A stretch of DNA of 64,000 bases from an uncultured Candidatus Binatia bacterium (GCA_965218425.1 OZ244621.1:192001-256000); one strand, 5' to 3'; shown: positions 1 through 10,755, counted from the first letter of the stretch. Numbers and translations: made by a program. Notes: generated from the sequence alone by a model not told the origin.

Positions 1-2
1 AT

Positions 3-524
3 CAACTGGTTGTCATCGCGCGCGATGACGACACGACCTTCGGCATCCTGCACAGCCGCTTTCACGAGGCTTGGTCGCTCAGGCTCGGCACCAGCTTGGA
101 AGATCGCCCGCGTTACACGCCGACCACCACCTTCGAGACCTTCCCTTTCCCGGAAGGGCTGTCGCCCGACATACCCGCTGCCGACTATGCCAACGAACCG
201 CATGCAATCGCCATTGCCGAGGCCGCGCGACGGCTAGTCGAGCTTCGCAACCGCTGGCTCAACCCGCCTGAATGGGTGGAATGGATCGACGAGCCGGTCC
301 CCGGCTACCCCAAGCGTCCGGTTGCCCGCGACCAAGCGGCGGTGAAGGAGCTCAAGAAACGCACCCTGACCAATCTTTACAATGCCCGTCCACAATGGCT
401 CGCCGACGCTCACGCCGACCTCGATGCCGCCGTCGCGGCGGCCTATGGATGGGATGCCGGGATTTCAGAGGATGACGCGCTACGGGAACTGCTGGCGCTC
501 AATTTGAAGAATGAAAGCCGATGA
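3..524 (+). CDS. C-terminal part of an MmeI/YeeA-like (type IIL) restriction-modification methyltransferase, truncated by the window edge
   Basis: Frame open from base 3 (QLVVIARDDDTTFGILHSRFHEAWSLRLGTSLEDRPRYTPTTTFETFPFP...RTLTNLYNARPQWLADAHADLDAAVAAAYGW), typical of MmeI-like C-terminal domains. Confidence 0.85.
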   Translation, partial: QLVVIARDDDTTFGILHSRFHEAWSLRLGTSLEDRPRYTPTTTFETFPFPEGLSPDIPAADYANEPHAIAIAEAARRLVELRNRWLNPPEWVEWIDEPVPGYPKRPVARDQAAVKELKKRTLTNLYNARPQWLADAHADLDAAVAAAYGWDAGISEDDALRELLALNLKNESR

Positions 525-559
525 AAAATCGCCTCTCCGAAGCCGATGTGACAGGTCTC

Positions 560-625
560 GGTTTGACGGCCGCTGCAACCGCCATCCTGCTGGAGCCTGG
601 CCCCTTTTTCATGTTGCCTGACACC
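560..625 (-). repeat. Partial copy of the IS110-derived MITE-like repeat (IS110 left-end module only)
   Basis: GGTTTGACGGCCGCTGCAACCGCCATCCTGCTGGAGC...CCCCTTTTTCATGTTGCCTGAC matches copies ending near 2716, 15775, 21397 and 30864. Confidence 0.85.
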
Positions 626-690
626 AGTTACGGATTATCCCCAGGCATCGGCCCGTTCGGGGCGAAGGACGAACGGCCATATCGTTCTCA

Positions 691-1725
691 TCACCCCAAC
701 ATCGCGTTCCCATAAGCGAAAACCGCCGGCATGCCGCCAGTGTGCAGGTACAGCACCTTTTGGCCCTGGCTGAACACGCCGCGCCGCGAGAGCCCGATCG
801 CACCTGCCAGTGATTTGGCGGTGTACACCGGGTCGACGATCATGCCTTCCAGGCGGCCGGCGAGGCCGATCGCCTCGTGGGTGCTGTCGGTCAGCCGGCC
901 GTAGCCCGGGCCGAGCCAGTCGTCATGGCAGAGGATGTCACCGTCCTCGACCAGGCGACCGCAACCGAGCAGGTCCTCGGCGAGCCGGCTGATGCCGCGT
1001 ACCCGATCGGTCTGGTACGTCGCATCGCGGCGCACGCAGATACCGTGCACCGGAATATCGGAGCCAAGCAGGCGCAGGCCGAGCAGGGTGCCGACATGGG
1101 TTGCGGCACTGCCGCTGGCCAGCACGATGGCATCGATCGGCTCGCCTAATACGGTGGTCTGATCCAGGATCTCGGCGGCGCAGCGCATGTAACCGAGCGA
1201 GCCGAGCGGCTTGGTAACAGCCGAGAGCGTCATCAGATACGGCTTGCGGCCGTTGGCCCGGTATTGCTCGGCCAGCCCGGCGATACTGGCATCGGCGGCC
1301 CCTTCATCCTCGCCGCTCGGGAAGGTCGAGGTGCTGGCGCCAAAAATCCGGTCGAGCAGGGCGTTACCGCTGGCGTAATAGTCCTTGCCCATGCCCGCCA
1401 CCCGTTCCTCGAACTGCACGTGGCAGGCCATGCCGAGCTTGGCGGCAGCTGCGGCAGTGGTGCGTATGTAGTTCGATTGCACCGCCCCGGTGATCAGCAC
1501 TATGTCGGCGCCCTCGGCGACCGCCGCGCCGAAGGAATATTCCAGTTGGCGCACCTTGTTGCCGCCGGCGGCGAACCCGGTCATGTCATCGCGCTTCGCC
1601 AGGAGGGCGGCCCCGCCGACATGCGCGGTCAGACGCGGCATCGCCTCAATCGGGGTCGGAACATGAGCCAGGATCACGCGCGGGAATTTGTCGAGACGGG
1701 TGTTCAGTTCCTGCATCCTGGTCAT
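691..1725 (-). CDS. D-cysteine desulfhydrase / ACC deaminase family PLP enzyme
   Basis: KRDD..GGNKVRQLE PLP-lysine motif, GAVQSN, ASGSAAT, DPVYTAK, HTGG. Confidence 0.9.
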   Translation of the reverse strand: MTRMQELNTRLDKFPRVILAHVPTPIEAMPRLTAHVGGAALLAKRDDMTGFAAGGNKVRQLEYSFGAAVAEGADIVLITGAVQSNYIRTTAAAAAKLGMACHVQFEERVAGMGKDYYASGNALLDRIFGASTSTFPSGEDEGAADASIAGLAEQYRANGRKPYLMTLSAVTKPLGSLGYMRCAAEILDQTTVLGEPIDAIVLASGSAATHVGTLLGLRLLGSDIPVHGICVRRDATYQTDRVRGISRLAEDLLGCGRLVEDGDILCHDDWLGPGYGRLTDSTHEAIGLAGRLEGMIVDPVYTAKSLAGAIGLSRRGVFSQGQKVLYLHTGGMPAVFAYGNAMLG

Positions 1726-2371
1726 GGATTCGTTCTCTCATCGGCGTGGTCCCGGTGTTGCTCGACCACGGCGCAACTTATTCCAGCCTGCATTGATTGG
1801 AAAGGGACTTGTATACCTGGGTTGACGCCTATCCAATTTAATAAAAAATCGTAATATTTCATAATCCGACTTAATATAGCACCAAATATAACGCCCAGAA
1901 CCGTCAGGATCACGCCAGGTCCCCGTTTATTCTTCGGCAAAGTCATCCACACCTTATAATTCTTCAAGCGCCTTGCCGATATCCGGTTCATCATTATTTT
2001 TATCTCTTCGACCTTCTCTGCTCAGATTAACCATCCACATATGATGAAGATCCTGGCGGACACCGATGATGCCGAAGTCTGATTAGCCGCCTCCATCGAG
2101 GAAAACTCATCTCCTCGTATATACCCCCTATTACACTCGAACACATCGCGTGAGTCTTTCAGCCATAAAACATAGGTCTCGGTATTTTAGTCAAAGCCTA
2201 TATGCCCCAACTCTTCATGGCGCTTTCCTACGTGTTGAAACAAAAAATTATTTTTCCATAGAATGGAACCCGCCTTCCCCCCAATCCCACACCCGACGCA
2301 CATGTCATAATGCCTTACCGGATCCAGCCTTGTATAAGGCGTTTCCAAAGAGCCAGCGTAGGCGGATGGAA

Positions 2372-2483
2372 ATAATTGGAGATTCCGACAAAATCGGATG
2401 GAAATGGGCCGTAAGCCGGCCGTATTTTCCGGGGTATTTAGGGCTCGAAAAACGGGCCTGAAACGGCCTATAAATTAGGGCGG
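2372..2483. repeat. Dispersed repeat module (ATAATTGGA.ATTCCGACAAAAT...GGAAATGG.CCG...GGGCTCG.AAA...CCTGAAA)
   Basis: Homologous to 41947-42060 and 44065-44150, more distantly to ~45475-45620. Confidence 0.75.
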
Positions 2484-2514
2484 ACAGCATTCTCGGTTTT
2501 TACCCAGAAAACCC

Positions 2515-2724
2515 GGGGCCGGTGTCAGGCTTGCCTTATTGCTATTCCGGGTTTCCTTCCCTTTCGGATTCCAGCTTGTATTATGCCAGTTCTCTCTTGC
2601 AATGTCCTGTCCACTTGGACGCGGTCCACCAAAGCATGTGTCTTCTCCTTTCAGGTTTGATGGCCGCTGCAACCACCATCCTGCTGGAGCTTGACCCCTT
2701 TTTCATGTTGCCTGACCTCGGCCC
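2515..2724 (-). mobile_element. MITE-like repeat, internally deleted copy
   Basis: Ends GGGGCCGGTGTCAGG...CCTGACCTCGGCCC form an inverted repeat; lacks the IS110 codons seen in other copies. Confidence 0.8.
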
Positions 2725-2739
2725 GATTGACCCCCCCCT

Positions 2740-2826
2740 ATTTGCCCAAATTGAATTAGCCCTGAGCCCAAATTTTTTCCGTTTCACAATCGGCCTGCGA
2801 CACGTCTATCCTAGCAGGTGATCAAA
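2740..2826 (+). repeat. Region upstream of the LysR gene, repeated in inverted orientation at ~20992-21079 and ~41635-41721
   Basis: ATTTGCCCAAATTGAATTAGCCCTGAGCCCAAA...CGACACGTCTATCCTAGCAGGTGATCAAA is the reverse complement of those segments. Confidence 0.8.
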
Positions 2827-2859
2827 TGAGCAACGATTCCTGTTCGGAGATCCGCGACC

Positions 2860-3750
2860 ATGCCATCCCTTCCACCGCTTGAATGCCTGCGTTTCTTCGA
2901 AGCCGCGGCCCGCCGCGAGAGCTTCGCCAAGGCGGCCGAGGAGCTCCACGTCTCACCCTCGGCCGTTGCCTACCGCGTCAAGGTATTGGAAGCGCATCTC
3001 GGCGCCGCGCTGTTCGAGCGCGGCCATCGCGGCGTCCGCCTGAACGTGCGCGGCAAGGCGTATCTGAAGGATGTCCAGCGCATTCTGGCCGAGATCTCGT
3101 TCATCTCGGAACGCCGCCGCGGCGATGACGGGACGCAGCGGCTGAAACTGGTATCGGTCGAGGCCGTCGCCGAGAAGTGGCTCATGCCGCAGCTCGCGGA
3201 TTTCAATCTGGCCCACCCCGGCGTCGTCATCGAGCTGGAGACCAACCATCGCGGCGTCGACCCGGCGCGGCGCGATTTCGACATCTGGCTCGCATACGTC
3301 GGCGAGACCGCCGCGCCGCGCCCGGAGGGGCTGTACGAGGATACGCTCTACGAGGAGAACCTGCTGCCGGTCGGCAGTCCGAGCCTCATCGAGGCGCGGG
3401 GAAGGCCCGGAGACCCGCTCGACCTGCGCCAGTGGCCCCTGCTGTACGATCTCGGCTGGGACACGGACTGGCCGTACTGGTTCGCGTGCCAGGGCAAACC
3501 CTCGCCGGACCTCTCGCGGGCGTCGGGCTTCCGGCTCTACAGCATGGTGGTCGCCGCCGCCGTGGAGGGCATCGGGGCGGCCATCGGCCACTCGCGGGTG
3601 ATCGCGCGGGAGATGGAACGGGGCGAGCTGGTCCCGCTCTTCGACCGGCAGGTCGAGGCGCCCGTGCGGTGCTGCCTCATCACGACGGCCGACTCGAGGC
3701 GCAAGCCGGGCGTGCAGGCATTCCGGGAATGGATACTGAAAGAAGCCTGA
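2860..3750 (+). CDS. LysR-family transcriptional regulator (GcvA-like)
   Basis: N-terminal LPPLECLRFFEAAARRESFAKAAEELHVSPSAVAYRVKVLE HTH plus a substrate-binding domain; visibly more GC-rich than its neighbours. Confidence 0.93.
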   Translation: MPSLPPLECLRFFEAAARRESFAKAAEELHVSPSAVAYRVKVLEAHLGAALFERGHRGVRLNVRGKAYLKDVQRILAEISFISERRRGDDGTQRLKLVSVEAVAEKWLMPQLADFNLAHPGVVIELETNHRGVDPARRDFDIWLAYVGETAAPRPEGLYEDTLYEENLLPVGSPSLIEARGRPGDPLDLRQWPLLYDLGWDTDWPYWFACQGKPSPDLSRASGFRLYSMVVAAAVEGIGAAIGHSRVIAREMERGELVPLFDRQVEAPVRCCLITTADSRRKPGVQAFREWILKEA

Positions 3751-3769
3751 CCCGACGGCGGGGCCTGAC

Positions 3770-3961
3770 GGGGTCGTTGCGGGGGCTCGACGCGATGCGG
3801 GGCCGGGGTCATGCTTGCCTTCTTGCAATTTTGGGTTCCCTTCCCTTTCGGATTCCAGATTGTATCGTGTCAATTCTCTCTTGGAACGTCCTGTCCATTT
3901 GGACGCGGCGTTTTAATCAGCGCAACCCATAGCTCATCACCCCGGGATCACGGCTTGAATA
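3770..3961. repeat. Composite repeat: GC-rich module + MITE half + TCATCACCCCG module
   Basis: Near-colinear with 41724-41927; first part matches 21082-21233; last part is inverted at 29161-29232. Confidence 0.8.
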
Positions 3962-3973
3962 ACGGGCAACCTC

Positions 3974-4063
3974 CATGAGTCGCTGGGATACCACACCCCA
4001 ACGACCTATGAATCTATGGAACGTGTGGCTTAACTAACTGTCCGTGAAACCCGGGTCGATTCA
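3974..4063 (+). mobile_element. IS3-family right-end remnant
   Basis: Encodes HESLGYHTPTTYESMERVA* followed by CTGTCCGTGAAACCCGGGTCGATTCA, the same end as the IS3 copies at 21506 and 58317. Confidence 0.85.
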
Positions 4064-4095
4064 GTCCACCCCCAGTTTCGATCCCCGTCGTCATA

Positions 4096-4350
4096 TTGGC
4101 GGCTGGCGATCCAGTAAGAAGGGGGCTTGTTGCCAGCCTTACCCGGGCGGGCAGAAACGTCACGGGGATGTCTGAGCAGAGCTCAGACGCATACACGAAA
4201 CTATTGGAACTACTTCATGAGACGTTGCAAAAGGTGACACAGGTCGCCTATCTCACCACGGACTTGACCTCTCCAGTCCCCGAAAGCGTTACAGAACACG
4301 GGCCCCACGTTGGGACTCACGATCCGACCCGTCGAATCTCGACACCCTGA
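4096..4350 (+). pseudogene. Fragment of an ABC transporter substrate-binding protein (ABC_sub_bind type)
   Basis: AGDPVRRGLVASLTRAGRNVTGMS...KLLELLHE family motif, with no N- or C-terminus. Confidence 0.7.
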
Positions 4351-4404
4351 AGAACTCGCGAGCACGTTGGAAGCGGGAGATCACGCACGACCCGGTACCA
4401 CAAA

Positions 4405-6120
4405 TTAATAATTATGAAGACTTGATTCCTTTATAAACGCTCGCGCGATTAGGGCTACTCCTGTTGACAGAGCTACCACGACCACTCCCACCACCGCTGC
4501 ACGTTCATAGACCCCGGTAAACATGAAATCCATCTGTAGGAGTGCAAGAGGTCTGGTGTCGCTGGTCGCAAGTAGGGCCACCGTACTGACGTCGCGAGCT
4601 GCCAAAATAAAGCTCAGAGCACCCACCAGCATCAGTGTTGGGGCCATTATGGGCAAAAGAATACGTCGGAAAGCGTTCCACCTTGACCCGCCGCTCACCA
4701 AGGCCGCCTCTTCGAGTTCCAAACTCAACTGGGCAAAGTTGCTCCTAATCATCTGCACACCAATCGTCATTCTACCGATAGCCACTGCAATAACCAAAAT
4801 GGGCATAGTGCCATAGAGAGAAGAGAAGATCGGACTTCGAAGAATCATCCCAAGTAAACCTAAACCAAGGATAATGCCGGGTATGGTCGCTGGCAACCAA
4901 GACATGAAGTCCAAGGTGGTACGACCAACAAAGGAAGTACGCATGACGATATAAGCAATAATCGTAGAAACAATAACGCTGGTTAACGCTGTCCCCAATG
5001 CAAGCACTAAAGTGTTTCTGATTGAGCTAAGGAAGATCGGATCGTTAAGAACGCGGATCCAATGCACTGTTGTCCATGGCTGGACCAGGTTGAAATAACC
5101 GAAGAGCTTCATGAATGTCCCAATCATCAAAAAGATAAAAGGAATTACGGTGATTGTCATTGCAATGCCAAGTACCATCAGGAAGACGGGAGTCCTCCAC
5201 TTATGTAGCCGCACTTTGTGGCCCTTGAAATGCCCAGTCACAGTCGTGTACCGCCGCCGCCGACTTATCCACCCGTTCATGACGATGATGGGCAACATCA
5301 CTACGAGAATAATGCTGCTTAACGTCATTGCCGGCGGCAATATTGGAGGGTCCTGGTGAACAAAAAGATAGATCTGGGTACTATAGACAAAGAACCGAAA
5401 GGGGAATCCAAGAATCAGCTCTACTTCGAACCCATGCAGCGAGTAAATAACAGATAGCAGCAATACCACTAGTAGCACCGGTGTCATAATCGGCACTACA
5501 ACCCGGGCCAGCGTGCCTAGAACGGTGGCGCCGGATACCCTGGATGCCTCTTCTAGCGTGGCGTCCATGTTTCGAAAAGCCGAGGTTAATAGCATAACCT
5601 TGATCGCAATCGCATTCGTTCCGAGATGGGCCCATACAATTCCCCAGAACGAGTAAATATTGAAAGGTCCCTTGTCAACAAAGGGCAACCGGGTGATCCA
5701 TTGATTAAGTAAGCCGCGGTCGGGGTCCAGCAAAATAATCCAACCCAAAATCACTGGCAGCGTCGGTAGAAAAAATGCCACCCAGAACAGGAATTCGAGC
5801 CACCCACTGCCAGGAATGTCTGTGCGCGCCAGTATCCAGGCTAGCAGAATGGCGGTCGGGAACGATACGACATGCCGGGCCACAGTGAGTGCAATAGTGT
5901 TCCAAACCACCGAGAGCATTTTTGAATCCGACAACACCAACCGCCAGGAATTCAAATTGTAAGTAGTTACGCTACTGGGTTCCCCGGCTTCGAAGCTGTG
6001 GAGCAAGATGAGCAGCACCGGTGACAGCACCATGCCCATGGTCAATACCAGTACGGTCCATGGCACCAAACTCAGAAGCTGAGACCGCAAACGCTGCCGA
6101 ACTGACAGACTAATGGTCAT
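4405..6120 (-). CDS. ABC transporter permease (FbpB/iron-thiamine type, two TM modules)
   Basis: Two EAA loops (LEEASRVSGA, LEEAALVSGG) and many TM helices; start taken at MTISLS. Confidence 0.9.
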   Translation of the reverse strand: MTISLSVRQRLRSQLLSLVPWTVLVLTMGMVLSPVLLILLHSFEAGEPSSVTTYNLNSWRLVLSDSKMLSVVWNTIALTVARHVVSFPTAILLAWILARTDIPGSGWLEFLFWVAFFLPTLPVILGWIILLDPDRGLLNQWITRLPFVDKGPFNIYSFWGIVWAHLGTNAIAIKVMLLTSAFRNMDATLEEASRVSGATVLGTLARVVVPIMTPVLLVVLLLSVIYSLHGFEVELILGFPFRFFVYSTQIYLFVHQDPPILPPAMTLSSIILVVMLPIIVMNGWISRRRRYTTVTGHFKGHKVRLHKWRTPVFLMVLGIAMTITVIPFIFLMIGTFMKLFGYFNLVQPWTTVHWIRVLNDPIFLSSIRNTLVLALGTALTSVIVSTIIAYIVMRTSFVGRTTLDFMSWLPATIPGIILGLGLLGMILRSPIFSSLYGTMPILVIAVAIGRMTIGVQMIRSNFAQLSLELEEAALVSGGSRWNAFRRILLPIMAPTLMLVGALSFILAARDVSTVALLATSDTRPLALLQMDFMFTGVYERAAVVGVVVVALSTGVALIARAFIKESSLHNY

Positions 6121-6201
6121 TGGACACTTATATCGCCTTCCACCGTCTTTTAGCCGTCCCATTCTAATGTTACAAGGTGGATTGAGGGGGCGCCTTTATT
6201 A

Positions 6202-7290
6202 TTGAGAACCGCATAATATAGTAACATTGGATAAGAACTAATGTATAGTGGTGGTATGGGAAACCCACTTGGAGTGCGACGGGACTTTGAAGCATTGGAG
6301 CGGCGGCGGATGGAGGCGGGGAGGCTGTTGAAGCGAGGGCTGTCGGAGGCGGAGGTGGCGCGTTGGGTGGGAGCGCACCGCCAGTCGGTGAATCGATGGG
6401 CGCGGCAGTTGGCCGAGAGCGGCAGAGCCGGGCTCAAGCAGGCGGGGCGTGCCGGACGCAAGCCGCGACTGAGCCCGGCGGATCTGAAGAAGATCGAGGG
6501 CGGTTTGAAACGGGGACCCGAAGCGCTGGGGTACGACACGAGCCTGTGGACCGCAAGGCGAGTGGCCCACTTGATTGGGGAAGCCTGCGGAGTCACATAC
6601 CATCCGGGCCATGTTTGGCGGATATTGCGGCAGTTGGGGTGGAGTTGCCAGCGGCCGACGGGACGTGCCTTGGAACGAGATGAAGAGGCGATCCGGCAGT
6701 GGAAGAAGAAGCGCTGGCCGGAGATTAAAAAAAAGCCCGAAACGAGGGGCGAACCATAGTGTTCGTGGACGAAAGCGGGCTGAGCGAGCGGCCGAATCGG
6801 TATCGTACGTGGTCGCCCCGAGGACAGACGCCAGTGCTGCAATATCACTTCAACTGGAAGAGTCTGTCGGCCATCGCCGGAGTCACCTGGTGGCGCTTGT
6901 ACTTTCGAGTGTATCCGGGAGCCATCAAGAGCCCCCAGATCATCGAATTCCTGAAGCACTTGATGCGTCATGTTTCCGGGCCGCTGCTGGTAGTGTGGGA
7001 CGGACTGCCCAGCCACCGGAGCCGGTTGGTTCGGGACTTTGTTGCCGCTACCGAAGGCGCGTTGGTGCTGGAACGGTTGCCGGCCTATGCACCGGAACTG
7101 AATCCCGTCGAATACCTCTGGGGATACTGGAAGCATCATGAACTGCCCAACTTCTGTGCCAAGGACTTCGCTCAACTCAGCCACCATGCTCGTCGCGCCC
7201 TTTGCCGAATGCGCCGCAGGCCTCGTCTCGTTACCGCCTTCTGGAAACAGTCCAGCCTTTTCTGATGTCATTATATTATACGAGGATCAA
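6202..7290 (+). mobile_element. IS630-family insertion sequence with TA target duplication
   Basis: Imperfect TIRs TTGAGAACCGCATAATATAGTAACAT / ATGTCATTATATTATACGAGGATCAA, flanked by TA at 6200-6201 and 7291-7292. Confidence 0.9.
6256..7265 (+). CDS. IS630 transposase, two ORFs joined by a probable -1 frameshift at A8G (6727-6735)
   Basis: HTH ORF (to 6759), then DDE ORF with FVDESG, WDGLPSH and LPAYAPELNPVE; the -1 frame reads KKARNEGRTIVFVDES. Confidence 0.9.
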
Positions 7291-7341
7291 TAATATGTTC
7301 GATAATACTAACTGTAGCGTTGGCGGGCGTGCAACTATGGT

Positions 7342-7524
7342 CTAACCAGGCCTTGTGAACCTGTCGAAGCCTTCGAGCTTGGTTGCAGTGAGGCTCGCGA
7401 TCTCAAACGGATCGAGATAAATAAAGCGTCCACTCTCGATGTTAGAGATTTTCAGCCTCGCCCTATTGGTATCGAGATCAAGCAGCCGGACCCTCACTAC
7501 CGCAAATTCATTGCTGAGGTCCAT
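7342..7524 (-). CDS. Small conserved protein of the kind found in aromatic dioxygenase clusters
   Basis: LSNEFAVVRV...RLKI...IYLDPFEIASLT resembles small ORFs next to ring-hydroxylating dioxygenase genes; follows the beta subunit. Confidence 0.55.
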   Translation of the reverse strand: MDLSNEFAVVRVRLLDLDTNRARLKISNIESGRFIYLDPFEIASLTATKLEGFDRFTRPG

Positions 7525-7551
7525 CCGAATTGTGGAACTTCCGTCAGTCCA

Positions 7552-8028
7552 TTAGAAGAGGATCGAGAGATTCGTCAAGGGTACGTTATTGTCTACGAGC
7601 GTCACTTTCTTCATTCTGATACTCCAATGAGTATTCTCTATCTGAAAGAAATGGTCACATCTTCCTCCCAATAGCCGGTCCCGGTTCAATCTAACCTCAC
7701 AAATTATGAAGTTACTAGATACATGCACCTTTCCCTTATCCTCGGATCGGACACGTATGTTCCCAATGATACGTCTGGTTCGGGATCGGGGAACCTGACA
7801 ATGGGTTGCAGAGCTGAGGAGATGAAAGACATGATCCTCTAAACAGTTCCGGTCCATGTATACAAGAGATGCCTGTGATTCCGGGTCATAATCATCTGTG
7901 TTTGAGGGCATCCAATAGCGGCAATCATCGGTAAATAGCCGGAGCCATTCATGGAGCTGCCAGTCATCAAGCAAATCTGCCTCTGTATATAGAAATTCTT
8001 TTGCTTGCCGTCGTACATCCTCTGACAT
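7552..8028 (-). CDS. Aromatic-ring-hydroxylating dioxygenase beta subunit
   Basis: FLYTEADLLD..WL.LFTDDCRYWMP...PRSRTRRIIGNI...KKVTLVD (NTF2-like). Confidence 0.93.
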   Translation of the reverse strand: MSEDVRRQAKEFLYTEADLLDDWQLHEWLRLFTDDCRYWMPSNTDDYDPESQASLVYMDRNCLEDHVFHLLSSATHCQVPRSRTRRIIGNIRVRSEDKGKVHVSSNFIICEVRLNRDRLLGGRCDHFFQIENTHWSIRMKKVTLVDNNVPLTNLSILF

Positions 8029-8183
8029 ATATTTACCTACACAAAGTTATATGCACCTGGGCCTGAATAAAACTATAAAATAAAAGACACTTGTGCATAA
8101 CCGAGAGCACGATAGACTTGAGAAAATGTATACACCATCTTCCTTTTAAGCATAGTCTGTCCGTTCCCTGCAGCGATAGGCTT

Positions 8184-9353
8184 CTACTTAATCACATCCT
8201 TGGCTATCCCGACGCACTGGACGGCGAGGGGTAGGTTCTTCTCCATAGCTATATCATCGTGGTAGCGGACGTTTGGGTTAGGTCGAGGATCACGACCTAC
8301 TGTAACGTCCAGGCGACGGCTGTTCGTGCCTGCGTGAGTGGTCCACGCCGTCTGGCCTTTTTTGGACAAGAGCCAGTTTAAAAAGACTTTCGCTGCGTTC
8401 GGATGAGGCGCCCGATTTATCAAAACCGTTCCGCCTGAGAATTGGGCGAGGTACACCCCCTCCTCGGTATCAGGAGAAAGTGGCTTCACATTCAGCCCTA
8501 GTCCTTCAGCCTGGAACAATCCGAGGATTTCTTCTCTTACGCCGCCAGCGATAGGACGGCGACCACTGACCAGCATTTCTATAAGCTGCCGGTGGTCTGT
8601 GCTAATAGCGATGTCTTGTGCAAACAGCTTCCGAATAAAGTCTTCTCCCAAGACTCGTAGTAAATGGCCGCAATAACCGATCCCTACCCCGAACCTGAGT
8701 GGATTATCCCATACGATTTTCCCCTTCCACCGCGGATTGAGGAGATCCTTTATTTGGCTTAGTTGCGACTTGGGTACATAGTCTTGGTTGACCCATACAG
8801 GGAATGCGAGCGATGCCTCGAATGAGTACACTGAGTCCTTCTGTTTATCATAAAAACCTGGATCGATCCCGCCCCGCCACATACTATCGTCTATCACATC
8901 GGGCAAAATTAGGGCGGGCTTGATCTTTTTGAGTACACCCTTAGGCTTCAAGTGTCTTGCCGGGGTGCCAGAACCCCCGATATGAATGTCCCAGAGGTAC
9001 TTCCCTGCCCCCCTCTCAGATAAGATTCTCGGCGCGAAGTTCCGGCCACTCATACCGGTTAACTTTAATTTGATATCTGGGTATGCCTTTTGAAACTCCT
9101 TCAAGGCTTTCCGGAGAGGGTCGCCAGGAGGTCCGTTTGCTACCAACACGCCTTCTCGCTTCGCAGCGGCAAGCGTAGTCTCCCACTTCACCCGCCATGC
9201 CGGCTTGAGGGTTGGGGTCGGACTGGGAGCCGCTAATACTATGAGTCTGGACGTCACCATAGGGAGTGTGGGAGTCAGCAACATTGTAGCGCATATGAAC
9301 AGTACGAGAGGAACCAATATTCGGTTCCTTTCCCTTAATTTGCATTCTGCCAT
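8184..9353 (-). CDS. Extracellular solute-binding protein
   Basis: Hydrophobic N-terminus; AAKREG, DLLNPRWKGKI and APHPNAAKVFLNW motifs. Confidence 0.88.
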   Translation of the reverse strand: MAECKLRERNRILVPLVLFICATMLLTPTLPMVTSRLIVLAAPSPTPTLKPAWRVKWETTLAAAKREGVLVANGPPGDPLRKALKEFQKAYPDIKLKLTGMSGRNFAPRILSERGAGKYLWDIHIGGSGTPARHLKPKGVLKKIKPALILPDVIDDSMWRGGIDPGFYDKQKDSVYSFEASLAFPVWVNQDYVPKSQLSQIKDLLNPRWKGKIVWDNPLRFGVGIGYCGHLLRVLGEDFIRKLFAQDIAISTDHRQLIEMLVSGRRPIAGGVREEILGLFQAEGLGLNVKPLSPDTEEGVYLAQFSGGTVLINRAPHPNAAKVFLNWLLSKKGQTAWTTHAGTNSRRLDVTVGRDPRPNPNVRYHDDIAMEKNLPLAVQCVGIAKDVIK

Positions 9354-9429
9354 CTAAATCTCCTTTGGAAAACGTTTATCGCGGGTCAAATAGTGAAAAT
9401 TCCCCCTACAACTCTATTGATATGCGGAA

Positions 9430-10722
9430 TTACTCTCCTCGCAGCATTAGGCGTTTATATTCCCGATGCTGTCCTCGATGGCCGACTTCATCGGAGGCTA
9501 ATCCTCGTATCTCGCCATTGGGTTCCACCCGTTCCCGATGCATGCCGCGGCTAAAAAGCACCCACTCCATACTCTCTGCGGCGAGCCCGTCTTGGATACA
9601 CTCATACGCCTCAGTATCATCGTTTTGAACCGGATGCACCGCATTAGGGCCTGATCTCCGAACGAACCAATCATTTAGGGCGTCCGGCGCGCCCTTCAGT
9701 CTATACGGATAGTAGAACACCTCCGTGTAATCCACTTTTATGGGCCGGATGACGTGAAACCCCTGTGCATCTGAGCGGAAAAGTAGATTCGGGTACATTA
9801 TAATATTCATGTTGCTTTTTGTGAGAACCCTCTCCGCTTCCACAGCGCCAAGACGCTTCTGAAGAGCCGCTAAGTGTGCAGGGTCAATTTGTCCAGTTCC
9901 TCCGCGGCCAACCGCCTCCATGGATCCACCCACAATGTTTGGCCCGTCCTTGGCAGCCGAGTAATCGATCATGCAGTGGCCGTGTCCTAAGTCGACATTT
10001 TCGGCGCGCGCGTCTCCGCGAACTAGTTTTTTACCCGTCCGGGACCTGATTTGTTGATACATGGCCTCATGAGTATATGCTGCATGATAGCCGTCGCACC
10101 AGTTTTCTAGATGCAACTTCCAATTACCGCGGTACGCGAACTTTTGAATACCCTTGTCAACTTCGATTTCGCCCTCAGGAGCACGATTAAGAATTAAATC
10201 AAGATAGGGTTTGGCCCTTCCAAGGTGTGTCTCCAATGGCTCGATGTCTGAACTGAGACACCCGAAAACAAAGCCACGGTACGACTCCACGCGTGGGACG
10301 CGACCAAGCCCTAGTTCGTCGGCATTAAAGTCGGGGCCATATGCGTCGCGAGACGGGACAGTGATCAGTCGACCGCTATTGCTGTACGTCCAACCATGGT
10401 AGAGACATTTTAATCGATCGGACGTGCCCCGCTCTTCACGACAGACGATTGCACCTCGATGTGCACAACGGTTAAACAGCACAAAGACTTGTCCGCCGGT
10501 GTCGCGCGTCATAATGACAGGTTGCCGACCAATGTATGTGGTCACGAAATCCCCGGAATTGGCTATCTGGCTCTCATGGCCTACAAATACCCAGGTCCTT
10601 CCGAAAATTTCCTTGATTTCCAGATCGAAAACCTTCGGATCCACGTAAACCAAGCGATGAACACGGTCTTCCAGAACAAGATCACCGATACTGTCTGTCA
10701 TTGTGTTGAACGATGTATACAT
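9430..10722 (-). CDS. Rieske aromatic-ring-hydroxylating dioxygenase alpha subunit
   Basis: Rieske CAH...CLYHGW motif; mononuclear iron motif ENWCDGYHAAYTH and DDTE. Confidence 0.95.
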   Translation of the reverse strand: MYTSFNTMTDSIGDLVLEDRVHRLVYVDPKVFDLEIKEIFGRTWVFVGHESQIANSGDFVTTYIGRQPVIMTRDTGGQVFVLFNRCAHRGAIVCREERGTSDRLKCLYHGWTYSNSGRLITVPSRDAYGPDFNADELGLGRVPRVESYRGFVFGCLSSDIEPLETHLGRAKPYLDLILNRAPEGEIEVDKGIQKFAYRGNWKLHLENWCDGYHAAYTHEAMYQQIRSRTGKKLVRGDARAENVDLGHGHCMIDYSAAKDGPNIVGGSMEAVGRGGTGQIDPAHLAALQKRLGAVEAERVLTKSNMNIIMYPNLLFRSDAQGFHVIRPIKVDYTEVFYYPYRLKGAPDALNDWFVRRSGPNAVHPVQNDDTEAYECIQDGLAAESMEWVLFSRGMHRERVEPNGEIRGLASDEVGHRGQHREYKRLMLRGE

Positions 10723-10755
10723 GACAAGCCCTTGCCTATAGCAGACAATTATTAT

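Noticed and set aside
1722..2461. Short ORFs upstream of the desulfhydrase
   Set aside because: No motifs; partly overlap repeat modules
2953..3932. Long ORFs overlapping the LysR gene (2953-3873 minus, 3177-3932 plus)
   Set aside because: GC-rich alternative-frame shadows with no recognisable motifs
6150..7271. 373-aa minus-strand ORF
   Set aside because: Antisense shadow of the IS630 transposase
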